Shown: positions 47,066 through 55,660, counted from the stretch's first letter. The stretch: DNA of 64,000 bases from Phenylobacterium sp. (GCA_047617105.1 JBLGCB010000002.1:9184-73183), one strand, 5' to 3'. Notes: generated by a model not told the origin, from the letters alone. Numbers and translations: made by a program.

Positions 47066-49224
47066 TAAATCATTCCTTCCATTGGTGGTTTGGCTTGTTT
47101 TGAACGGGTTTGGTCGATTTGAGCACTGGTGGCAATGCTGGCCAGTTGTTGCGCCAAGGCTTGAATCGATGGGTAAGACCAGCACAAATCAGCACTTAAG
47201 GGCACATCTAGCTGCTTTGATAATTCATGGGTCAGAGTCATGGCATCAATAGAATCTAAGCCCAATTGCGCCAACTGTTGGTATGGTTTTAACTGTGTGG
47301 CAGGTAAGTTTAGGCGCTGAGCAATCCAGTGGATGATCCAGTGACCAATCGCCTGATCAAGGGAATCGGCATCAAATTGACTAATACGCCTATTGGCTTG
47401 ATGGTAATTGGCTTGATGGTAATTGGCTTGATGGTGATTGTCATCTGCCACCGGTTTATGCCAGCTGGCGACGGTTTGCAGTTGCCCTTGCAAATACGCC
47501 TCACGACAGGCGACCCGTTGTATTTTGCCCGACGAGGTCTTGGCCAAAGTCAGTGGTTTTATCAACATCACCGCAGCCAGTTTCAACTCATGAGCCTGGG
47601 CAATTTGTGCAATCACTTGCTCAATCAATGGTTGATAATGGCTGTGCTGATCACCCTGTTGCTTATGGTGTTGCCTATTATGCTGATAGGTTTTTCGTGA
47701 CAGTTCCTGCACCAATACCAACTCATGATTATGCTCGTCGGTCGCTACTTCGAAGATGGCCCCGCCGTGAGGGGTGAGTTGTTCGCTAAAGACATTCAGT
47801 GATTCTTCAATATCTTGTGGATAATAATTGCGACCGTTAATAATAAACATTTCTTTGCAGCGGCCGCTGACATAAAGCTGGTTGTTGTCGATAAACCCCA
47901 GATCGCCAGTCGCCATAAAACCGCCTTGGTTGGCTACCTGTTGATTGAAGATGGTTTGATTGATATCCGGCTTTTGCCAATAACCTCGGCTGATGCAATC
48001 GCCTTTAATCATGATCTCACCGACATAACCATCGGGTAATAACTGACGGCTGCCCTGATGAACAATTTTGACCGTGACTTCGGCCATAATTTTACCGCTA
48101 CAGGCCATATCTACCAGATTTTTGGCATTGCTATCATCGCTCATCACCGCTTTGCCTAGCGATAACTTGTCTTTATCTAAGCTAAGCAACTTAAAGCATT
48201 GATGCTCGGCGGTGGCGGTCACCAATAAACAGGCTTCTGCCATGCCATAACTGGGTTTAAGTGCCTCAGGGGCAAAACCCGTCTCGGCAAAAGCTTGGCT
48301 GAAGCGAGTTAAGGTGCGGGCATTGATGGGTTCAGCACCATTGATAAACACTCGTAATGACGATAAATCGAGCTCTGCCTTCTCTGCGCTGGTGACTTTG
48401 CTTAAGGCCAAATCAAAGATAAAGTTGGGTCCTGCGGTGACGGTTGCTTTGATATCAGTAATCAATTTCAGTAAGCGAAAAGGTTGCTGGGCCACGGTGG
48501 CCGATGGCATTAACCAGGTGCTTGCCCCCACCAACAGCGGGGTTAGAACACCGCCGACAAAACCCATATCATGATACAAGGGCAACCAGTTGACGAACTT
48601 ATCTTGCTCACTAAAATGATAACTGCGCTGAATCAGCCGGGTATTACTCAGCAGGTTTAGATGGCTTAACATCACCCCTTTTGGGTTACCGGTAGAGCCT
48701 GAACTATATTGAAAATAAGCGATATCATTGCCATCAATGGCCGGTTTGCGCCACTGTTTAGCAATCTCTAGGCTATCAGCTGTAGATAACTTATCCACAG
48801 CAATTGTTTTAGTATGGCTATTGCCAGCATTTATCCAGCCATCGACTGGTTTTTGTTGTGCGACGTTATGTAGTACCAGCGCTGGTTCGCAATCTCGCAC
48901 TATGGTATCTAGCCGAGTCCAGTCGCGTTTTTTGCTGTTTGGTGGGTAGGCGGTAACGGCAATCACATTGGCATAAATACAGGCAAAAAAGCCAATCACA
49001 TAATCAATGCCAGCGGGTAACACGATAAGCACCCGATCACCAAATTGAGTGTGCTGAGCAAGTTCTGTGGCCAGTGTTTTAACCCGTTGTGATAGCGCAG
49101 CATAACTGATACTGCGGTCTGATTCGATAAAGGCCAATTGGTCAGGACGACTGCTGGCCTGGTGTTCCAGCACTTCAATCCAGTTATTTACGGTGTTGCT
49201 TAATGGTTCAATTTTTGTTGTCAT
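47065..49224 (-). CDS. Fatty acyl-AMP ligase fused to an acyl carrier protein (lipo-initiation module)
   Basis: FAAL-type N-terminus (RVLIVLPAGIDYVIGFFACIYANVIAVTAYPP), YSSGSTGNPKGV, TGDLGF. C-terminal ACP with LGLDSIDAMTL. Confidence 0.9.
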   Translation of the reverse strand: MTTKIEPLSNTVNNWIEVLEHQASSRPDQLAFIESDRSISYAALSQRVKTLATELAQHTQFGDRVLIVLPAGIDYVIGFFACIYANVIAVTAYPPNSKKRDWTRLDTIVRDCEPALVLHNVAQQKPVDGWINAGNSHTKTIAVDKLSTADSLEIAKQWRKPAIDGNDIAYFQYSSGSTGNPKGVMLSHLNLLSNTRLIQRSYHFSEQDKFVNWLPLYHDMGFVGGVLTPLLVGASTWLMPSATVAQQPFRLLKLITDIKATVTAGPNFIFDLALSKVTSAEKAELDLSSLRVFINGAEPINARTLTRFSQAFAETGFAPEALKPSYGMAEACLLVTATAEHQCFKLLSLDKDKLSLGKAVMSDDSNAKNLVDMACSGKIMAEVTVKIVHQGSRQLLPDGYVGEIMIKGDCISRGYWQKPDINQTIFNQQVANQGGFMATGDLGFIDNNQLYVSGRCKEMFIINGRNYYPQDIEESLNVFSEQLTPHGGAIFEVATDEHNHELVLVQELSRKTYQHNRQHHKQQGDQHSHYQPLIEQVIAQIAQAHELKLAAVMLIKPLTLAKTSSGKIQRVACREAYLQGQLQTVASWHKPVADDNHHQANYHQANYHQANRRISQFDADSLDQAIGHWIIHWIAQRLNLPATQLKPYQQLAQLGLDSIDAMTLTHELSKQLDVPLSADLCWSYPSIQALAQQLASIATSAQIDQTRSKQAKPPMEGMI
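47392..47436 (-). repeat. 15-nt in-frame tandem repeat x3 (encodes HQANY x3) in the FAAL-ACP linker
   Basis: ATTGGCTTGATGGTR x3. Confidence 0.9.
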
Positions 49225-49405
49225 GATAATGTCTTATTGTTAATGAATGAAAAACCTTGTAAGTGCTCAGCGTGATTAGATTTTGCTTCAGAACAAGGCC
49301 TTACTTCGCGAAAACAGTCGCACGGAAAATAGGCGCATATGACCATATGCAACTGTTTGAGTACGAAAATAACGCCGTTATGATGCAAAAGATAAGTGCG
49401 CTGGG

Positions 49406-50374
49406 TTAGGCCATGGCTACAACGACTTTACGCTTGCCCTTATAGCTACTACGTCCATGGGCAGCCAACATATTGTCGAGCATCATCACATCGCCTTGTT
49501 GCCAGCGAAAAGACACTTTGCATTGCTCCAAAATATCTCTGATATGCACCAAAGTGGCGTGTTCAATTGGGCTGCCATCGCCGTAATAAACATTTCTCGG
49601 CAGATTCTCTTCACCCACAATCGATATTAGGGTTTCGCGAATGACCGGCTCTAGGTTGGAGATATGAAATAAATGGGCTTGGTTAAACCACACCATTTCT
49701 TTGGTGGTAGGATGCTGCGCCACAGCCTGACACACCTGGCGGGTTTGCAATTCGCCGTCGGCTTTCCACAGATAGCTGATTTGGTTGTTATCACAAAAGC
49801 GTTCGACATCACTTTTATTGCTGGTGGTAAAGGCTTCTTGCCACGCTAAATCCAGGCCATTGCCGTAGTTGCGCACATACAACAAGCCGTGTTTGGTAAA
49901 CTTGTCTTTCACCTGTGGATCCATTTTTTGATAGATTTTACGGCTGTCGGCAATGGGCGTTTCACCTCCCTGCTCGGCGGCAGTCACACAATGAAACCAA
50001 ATTTTTTGTGGCCAGCTTCGAGTATAAGCCTGTTCATTGTGCAGCGGGATCACCTGATGGGCGGGATATTCGGTTGAGGTATAGACCCCTTTAGCCACTT
50101 CACTGCGAGGAGTAGAGGCATAATCATAATTGAGCAGTTGCTGACCAAATGCATTGACGAACTGAGTAAATTGATGCTCATCGCACATCGCAAAACCCCG
50201 AAACACCAGCCCACCAATATCGTTAAGATATTGTTCTGCCAATTGTTTTATTTCATCAAAGCAATAAGACCAACTGTTGTTATCTATCGGGGTCACCAGC
50301 AACGGCAATGCTGAGTGGCTCAGTAGCGGCGCAATGGCAATGGATTTAAACGGGTTTGGTTGACTCAAAAACAT
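49406..50374 (-). CDS. Stand-alone TauD/TfdA-family (SyrP-like) aspartyl beta-hydroxylase
   Basis: GGLVFRGF, PLHNEQAY (H-x-E) and MLDNMLAAHGRS (distal His). Clearly paralogous to the C-terminal domain of NRPS 3. Confidence 0.8.
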   Translation of the reverse strand: MFLSQPNPFKSIAIAPLLSHSALPLLVTPIDNNSWSYCFDEIKQLAEQYLNDIGGLVFRGFAMCDEHQFTQFVNAFGQQLLNYDYASTPRSEVAKGVYTSTEYPAHQVIPLHNEQAYTRSWPQKIWFHCVTAAEQGGETPIADSRKIYQKMDPQVKDKFTKHGLLYVRNYGNGLDLAWQEAFTTSNKSDVERFCDNNQISYLWKADGELQTRQVCQAVAQHPTTKEMVWFNQAHLFHISNLEPVIRETLISIVGEENLPRNVYYGDGSPIEHATLVHIRDILEQCKVSFRWQQGDVMMLDNMLAAHGRSSYKGKRKVVVAMA

Positions 50375-50432
50375 AGAACATCCTCATTTCTTGTTGACTC
50401 AAGACATTGTCAATCGGTATGGGAATGGATCT

Positions 50433-50470
50433 TAATGCAAATCATTCGTATTTGCAAATGCGAATGGTTG
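50433..50470. promoter_or_regulatory. Two adjacent Fur-box-like sites in front of the hydroxylase-FAAL-NRPS operon
   Basis: TAATGCAAATCATTCGTAT (12/19 to GATAATGATAATCATTATC), immediately followed by TTGCAAATGCGAATGGTTG. They lie 59-96 nt upstream of the 50374 start. Confidence 0.45.
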
Positions 50471-50623
50471 TTATTTATATTTTATTTAAATTGGATTTAA
50501 ATTGAACTTACGTTGGGGTGTTATTAAACAAAAAATACAGGAGAGGTAAGCCCCGCAAAGGAGGCTTATGAATGGTTAACCTGAGAATGAAGTGAGGTTA
50601 TGAAAAAGTCATGGGTAATCGGA

Positions 50624-52267
50624 TTAATATTCCACAACAGGCACTCTACCACCCCCTTGAACACCTGCTTTGTTGTGAAGTCTCCACCCTGAATATCCCA
50701 AAACTATACCCACCACCAGCAAGCCGATATCAACCACCAAAACTGTTTTAACCCCCTGATGCCATAAACCGATAATGACCTCACTCAACACCAGCCAATC
50801 GTGAAACACCAAACCCAGTAGTAACACCGACGACAGGCCAAGTAAACCGCTTAAGCAACGCTTTGTATTGTCCTTCTTAGTGCAATAAAGCAAGTAAAGT
50901 CCGGTAATCCCCAGCGTTAACACAAAGCTGTAGACCAGCCAATCTGAACGCTCCGCAACTTGCACAGGTAACTGAGCAGGCAGCTGAGGCGGTAACAGGC
51001 GCTCTGCCAAAAAGGCCACTACCGTGGCCAACACCACCCCCACGCTACCGAGCAGGGTGAAATGTGTCACCAATGCCACCGTTTTGGCCGATGATTTTCT
51101 TTGCCGGGCTTTCTTATCAATCCATAATAAATTGCCCGTGACAATAAGCACACAGACCCCCAAACCGAGCAAGAAATAAATCAACCGCAAATCAGTACCT
51201 GCGTAATTGCCAAAATGGAGTGTCGAGACCACGGCCAAACCACTTTTTAACGCATTACTGTGCTCGCTATCCTGTTGGAATAATATTGCGCTTGGGCCTT
51301 GGCCAATGCGATAAGCCACTTCAAAACGCTGACCAAAACCGCTTTTTGATTCACCACGAAAATGAATCGCCGCCCCTTCATCGCCATAATTAAACATCCG
51401 GATTGAGCTGGGTTGTTGTTGATACTTTGCCACGGTCTGTGAAAATAAAAGGTCAATATCGGGGCTTGACCACGGCTTATCCTGCCATGGCTGACTGACA
51501 GATAAATAACCAGAATCTTCACGGAAGGTTTGTTCATCCCCTTGGTAAAGCACCACCACAAAGGCAATTTGATAGATGATCAATAAGTTAAAAATAAGGC
51601 CACTAATGGCGTACATCACGGTAAAAGGCAGGGTCATCACGCCAATCACGGTATGCATATCGAGATATTTTCGGCGTTTATCTTGCGCTGGTTGATATCT
51701 AAAAAATTGGCTGAGCAGCTTGCGTGCATGGATCACAATACCCGACACCAGTGCAAAAAAGAAAAACAAGGTAACAAAACCAATCACTTCATAACCAAAT
51801 GAACTGTTTAATTGGTAATGTAAGCGATAGATAAATTTGGCCAAAAAAAACTGATCATCATCGCCGATGATCTCGCCTGTGGTTGGGCTGATGATGACGG
51901 TTGATATTTTGCTCTTTGTGACTGGCTCAGCCGCTACATCACCCCGTTCTGGCACGGTAAAAAAGTGAGCTCGTAATCGATAATAAGGCATATGCTCACT
52001 AGGCATCACCAAGGTGGCACGGCGCTTGGCATCAAACGGTTTGGCTTGCATCACCCGCGCGAACACTGCACTAATGGGTAGAGCTTGGTCCTTACCAGAT
52101 TGAGAATGAGCGGGAAGCTGATAGTGAGGTTGGAATGCCCATTGATGAATTTCTTCCTTAAACAAGGTGATGGAACCGGCAAAAAACACCACAAATAATA
52201 GCGCAGATACAATGAGTCCCAACCAGCTATGGGCTTCGACTAAGCGCTTTAAAAACTGTTTATCCAT
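50624..52267 (-). CDS. PepSY-associated TM-helix protein (PiuB/FoxB-like, putative ferric-siderophore reductase)
   Basis: The N-terminus LVEAHSWLGLIVSALLFVVFFAGSITLFKEEI is typical of PepSY_TM proteins. Multiple TM helices, a periplasmic PepSY-like insert, siderophore-locus context. Confidence 0.7.
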   Translation of the reverse strand: MDKQFLKRLVEAHSWLGLIVSALLFVVFFAGSITLFKEEIHQWAFQPHYQLPAHSQSGKDQALPISAVFARVMQAKPFDAKRRATLVMPSEHMPYYRLRAHFFTVPERGDVAAEPVTKSKISTVIISPTTGEIIGDDDQFFLAKFIYRLHYQLNSSFGYEVIGFVTLFFFFALVSGIVIHARKLLSQFFRYQPAQDKRRKYLDMHTVIGVMTLPFTVMYAISGLIFNLLIIYQIAFVVVLYQGDEQTFREDSGYLSVSQPWQDKPWSSPDIDLLFSQTVAKYQQQPSSIRMFNYGDEGAAIHFRGESKSGFGQRFEVAYRIGQGPSAILFQQDSEHSNALKSGLAVVSTLHFGNYAGTDLRLIYFLLGLGVCVLIVTGNLLWIDKKARQRKSSAKTVALVTHFTLLGSVGVVLATVVAFLAERLLPPQLPAQLPVQVAERSDWLVYSFVLTLGITGLYLLYCTKKDNTKRCLSGLLGLSSVLLLGLVFHDWLVLSEVIIGLWHQGVKTVLVVDIGLLVVGIVLGYSGWRLHNKAGVQGGGRVPVVEY

Positions 52268-52532
52268 ACGAAAACACCACCCCTGGCCACAACATCAAAG
52301 TATTTAAACCGGCAGAAAGTAACAACCCGCCACCACAACGTCGCCATGCTTGCCAGCCATTTTTACAGCCATAACAAGCCACCATCACCGCCACCCACAA
52401 CACAAAAGCCAACAAGACGCTAACCAATAACTTGCTGTCTGTGGCAACAGGCAATAACACATTAATATTAATGGCCAAAGAGGCAGATAACAAAGCACCC
52501 GCAACAATGGCCGCAAAAGTCTTAGACCACAT
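52260..52532 (-). CDS. Small integral membrane protein (90 aa)
   Basis: Three hydrophobic helices. 8-nt overlap with the PepSY gene start and 11-nt overlap with the upstream ORF suggest coupling. Confidence 0.5.
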   Translation of the reverse strand: MWSKTFAAIVAGALLSASLAININVLLPVATDSKLLVSVLLAFVLWVAVMVACYGCKNGWQAWRRCGGGLLLSAGLNTLMLWPGVVFSYG

Positions 52533-52905
52533 GCATCACTCCTGACCACTGGGCAGACTCTGTCAATCCACTGTGGATCATCATAATAATTGCAGTGCAG
52601 GTAACACCACCCGCCAAGGCAAACGGCAATAAACGCGCCCTTAAGTGGCCGTGGCATAACACAATAGTCGGCCACATCAACATAATGCTCACCAGTACCA
52701 GAATGGCCGAAATAGCCGGCGAATAAAATTGCAGGTTTAGCCACCAACTGCAAGGCAAACATAGCGCAAATATCGACCACGCAGGCACAGTGGGTAGCCG
52801 TTTAGTAAGCAATTGTTGATGAGGCGATGCTAAAAAACTGGCTAAACAGCCAGTCCATAAAAGCATCACGGGTATTAGCTCAGAACTTAAATAAAGGCTT
52901 AACAT
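52522..52905 (-). CDS. Small integral membrane protein (127 aa; DUF3325-like guess)
   Basis: Four hydrophobic helices. First gene of a three-gene minus-strand unit. The start codon abuts a Fur-like site, so the true start may be internal. Confidence 0.45.
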   Translation of the reverse strand: MLSLYLSSELIPVMLLWTGCLASFLASPHQQLLTKRLPTVPAWSIFALCLPCSWWLNLQFYSPAISAILVLVSIMLMWPTIVLCHGHLRARLLPFALAGGVTCTAIIMMIHSGLTESAQWSGVMHVV

Positions 52906-52928
52906 AAATACGAATCATTGTTATTTAC
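52904..52928. promoter_or_regulatory. Fur-box-like site (minus-strand membrane-protein operon side)
   Basis: ATAAATACGAATCATTGTTATTTAC shares the core AATACGAATCATT with the site at 53080-53107. Confidence 0.4.
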
Positions 52929-53079
52929 AATTACCAAGCATTCTAGTTGATCTTGAGGATAATTTAAATAGTTAACTAAATAACTTTTAAATTAAGGGCT
53001 TAATCAAGGCTGTAGTTAAAATATTTGCCAGTTTCAGTATTTTTACCCTTGTGCTTATGGTCTTAACCCAGTAAAGTAA

Positions 53080-53107
53080 ATATCAAATACGAATCATTCT
53101 CATTAAG
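53080..53107. promoter_or_regulatory. Fur-box-like site 13 nt upstream of the TonB-dependent receptor start
   Basis: ATATCAAATACGAATCATTCTCATTAAG; 12/19 to the Fur consensus when aligned on AATCATT. Confidence 0.45.
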
Positions 53108-53119
53108 GTAAAGTCACTA

Positions 53120-55303
53120 ATGAAAGCTAAAAGAGTACACAACATGATCAATCCTCCTTCGATATTGAAAAACACCGTGTTTATCTCGGCAGTCTCAATC
53201 GCTACCTCATCATTGGCGATGGCCGCTGAATCCACAGCCACGCAAAAGCCCGCTTCAACAGACACAGAAGTGATCACCGTTAAAGGTCGTGCTGCGCAGT
53301 TTTACTTCGTCGAAGAGTCGATGATGGCAACCAAAACACCGACCAGTTACATGGACTTACCCCAGTCTTTGCAGGTATTGAGTACTGAACTGATCCGTGA
53401 TCAGGCAGCCCGACAAACCTCCGATTTGTATCGTTCAATCTCAGGTATCACTCAATTTAGCTATTCAGGCGTGACAGCCAGAGGGTTTAGACAAGATCAG
53501 GTGCGTTATGATGGCGTGCAGGGCGACCCCTACTCTGGTTTTTCTATTCCCCAATTATTTAATATCGAACAAGTGGCGGTATTAAAAGGCCCTACCGGCA
53601 TGTTATATGGATCTGGGCAGCCCGGCGGATTGCTCAATTACATCAGCAAAAAACCCAAATTCAGCCAACAAACTGAACTCGCTTTTATTGGCGGCAGCGA
53701 CAGTTTGCGTGGTGCCTATGCGCAAACCACCGGGCCGATGAATAAGGATTCAAACTTGGCTTATCGCTTGGCGGGTTTTAGCCAAAACAAAAAAGGTTTT
53801 CGCAATAACACCGATGAAAAAAATACCTTATTATCAGGCGGCTTAACCTGGTTAGCCAGTGATGCGGTTGATTTGACCTTGCAATATGATTATATCGATC
53901 AAGATTTGGCTGGCCATCGCCTGCGCGGTGTACCTGTCGACGACAACGGCAACTTTTTAACAGATATCAGTTACAACGCCAATGAAAAATCAGACTTTCA
54001 GCGTTTAAGCGCCGATGTATGGCAGCTAATTGCCAACAGCGAGATATCTGACAACCTCACCAACCGTACGGTTTTACGCCGTTTAGACAATGAACGTACC
54101 CAGCAATATCACGAGAATAGAGGTTTAGCGGATGATGGTGTCTCTATGGTCCGTGAATTTCGCGACCAATTCAGAACCAATGAAGAGTTAAGCCTAACCA
54201 CCGATTTTGTTTATCAATTAACCACTGGTGGTATTGAGCATCAACTATTGTTTGGTGGTGATTATTTTACCAGCGACATGTTTTATGCCGCTAAACTGGG
54301 TCGTGGTGCGCCATCATTGATACCCGATTTAAATATCATCAACCCAGTTTATGAAAACAACAGCGCCAATTACTTATTGCTACAGCGCCCGGACTCAGTC
54401 AGCGAAAGTCGTCGCACCGGGTTATATGTTCAAGATCAGTTCCGCCTCAACGAAAGATGGCTTGGCGTGGTGGGTGGTCGATATGACAAATTTGAAGACA
54501 GCACTTTTTCAGGAAGTTCGGCTTCTGACCAGTTCAACCTTTCAGACAGCAGTTTTAGCCCTCGTATTGGTGCCATTTATCAACCTGATGAAAGCATGTC
54601 GGTATTTGCCAATTACACCCAAGGTTTTGCGCCCCAGAGCCTTTATAACCAAATACAAGACAGTGATGATAGCGACACCATCGGCAAGCTTAATCCAGAA
54701 ACAAGCACTCAGCACGAAATAGGGATTAAAAACCAGTGGTTAAACAACAGCTTATTAACCACCTTTACCGCTTATAACATTGTTAAATCAGACGTCGTGG
54801 TGGCGAACCCAGCCGATACCGGGGTCAATGATGGTATCGCAGCCATGTTGCAAGTGGGTGAAGTGACCAGCAAAGGCATCGAAATTGATGTGATCGGCGA
54901 TTTGGGTGAACACTGGACCGGCACCATCAACTACGCCTATAACCAGGCCAAAATTACTGGCGGTGCGCCTGATGCATTAAGAAATACGGTGGGCGATGAG
55001 TTTGTTAATGCCCCTGATCATACCTTAGGCATCTGGACCCGCTGGGCCATTCCTAGCCTTGATTCTTCTTTTGCCATTGGTGCTGATTATGTCAGTGAAC
55101 GAATTAGTTTAAGTGGTCAAAAAGTCAAACCTTACACGGTTTGGGATGCCAGCTGGCAAACCACCATTAACCAGTTTGAGCTTCAGCTGAATCTCAAAAA
55201 CCTGTTTGATAAACGTTATGCCACCAGCGGTTTTAACCAACGTAATGGCCATTTTCCGGGTGAACCTAGGAGTATTTTGGTACAGTTGAGTTATGCGTTG
55301 TAG
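53120..55303 (+). CDS. TonB-dependent siderophore receptor
   Basis: Signal peptide. Plug motifs DLPQSLQVLSTELIRDQ and VAVLKGPTGMLYGSGQPGGLLNYISKKP. 727 aa, with a beta-barrel C-terminus. Confidence 0.9.
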   Translation: MKAKRVHNMINPPSILKNTVFISAVSIATSSLAMAAESTATQKPASTDTEVITVKGRAAQFYFVEESMMATKTPTSYMDLPQSLQVLSTELIRDQAARQTSDLYRSISGITQFSYSGVTARGFRQDQVRYDGVQGDPYSGFSIPQLFNIEQVAVLKGPTGMLYGSGQPGGLLNYISKKPKFSQQTELAFIGGSDSLRGAYAQTTGPMNKDSNLAYRLAGFSQNKKGFRNNTDEKNTLLSGGLTWLASDAVDLTLQYDYIDQDLAGHRLRGVPVDDNGNFLTDISYNANEKSDFQRLSADVWQLIANSEISDNLTNRTVLRRLDNERTQQYHENRGLADDGVSMVREFRDQFRTNEELSLTTDFVYQLTTGGIEHQLLFGGDYFTSDMFYAAKLGRGAPSLIPDLNIINPVYENNSANYLLLQRPDSVSESRRTGLYVQDQFRLNERWLGVVGGRYDKFEDSTFSGSSASDQFNLSDSSFSPRIGAIYQPDESMSVFANYTQGFAPQSLYNQIQDSDDSDTIGKLNPETSTQHEIGIKNQWLNNSLLTTFTAYNIVKSDVVVANPADTGVNDGIAAMLQVGEVTSKGIEIDVIGDLGEHWTGTINYAYNQAKITGGAPDALRNTVGDEFVNAPDHTLGIWTRWAIPSLDSSFAIGADYVSERISLSGQKVKPYTVWDASWQTTINQFELQLNLKNLFDKRYATSGFNQRNGHFPGEPRSILVQLSYAL

Positions 55304-55337
55304 GTAAGGATATGGGTGAAGAAAAGATATAGCCAGA

Positions 55338-55377
55338 AACAACAAAACCCGGTTAGCAGCCGGGTTTTGTTGTTTTT
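55338..55377 (+). terminator. Rho-independent terminator of the receptor gene
   Basis: AACAACAAAACCCGG-ttagcag-CCGGGTTTTGTTGTTTTT. Confidence 0.8.
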
Positions 55378-55389
55378 GCCGCAAGCGGC

Positions 55390-55415
55390 GGTAGAGACAC
55401 ACTCTAATTGAACAG
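55390..55415 (+). repeat. 26-nt perfect direct repeat, copy 1
   Basis: GGTAGAGACACACTCTAATTGAACAG; an identical copy lies at 55635-55660. Confidence 0.95.
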
Positions 55416-55634
55416 CTCAACTCTAAACCCAATCTTTGCTCAGGTCAAGCAAAGCAACCAAAAAACCAACTCAAATATCCATTGTAATTTACAGGCAAAT
55501 ATTGATAGAATTGTTTTCTGTTCTAAAAGAGCTGCTTGGTGCCCGATGGGCCACAAAGAACCTTTTCTTTTCTTCCAAAAGGCTTTTAAACCCTCGGCTT
55601 GTTGTGTAGCAACAACAAGATACTCAACCTATCG

Positions 55635-55660
55635 GGTAGAGACACACTCTAATTGAACAG
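55635..55660 (+). repeat. 26-nt perfect direct repeat, copy 2
   Basis: GGTAGAGACACACTCTAATTGAACAG, 245 nt downstream of copy 1. The flanks are unrelated. Confidence 0.95.

Noticed and set aside
21682-49224. About 45 track ORFs of 60-150 aa embedded in or antisense to the NRPS/FAAL genes (for example 22987..23337, 25959..26402, 38994..39386, 46923..47252, 47329..47700).
   Set aside because: All lie inside long ORFs with continuous NRPS core motifs. Their translations are low-complexity or Cys/Arg/His-rich without motifs, which is typical of shadow ORFs.
52385-52780. 131-aa ORF overlapping both small membrane-protein genes in another frame.
   Set aside because: It overlaps two ORFs that are chained to the PepSY gene by short overlaps and have cleaner TM-helix patterns. 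Its own sequence is Cys/Tyr/Leu-rich with no RBS.
55390-55415. tRNA fragment (GGTAGAG resembles a D-arm).
   Set aside because: No acceptor or anticodon stem pairing can be drawn. The similarity is limited to 7 nt.
55408-55656. 82-aa ORF between the 26-nt direct repeats.
   Set aside because: It starts inside repeat copy 1 and ends inside copy 2, has no RBS, and its composition is implausible (many Cys, Asn, Gln, His).
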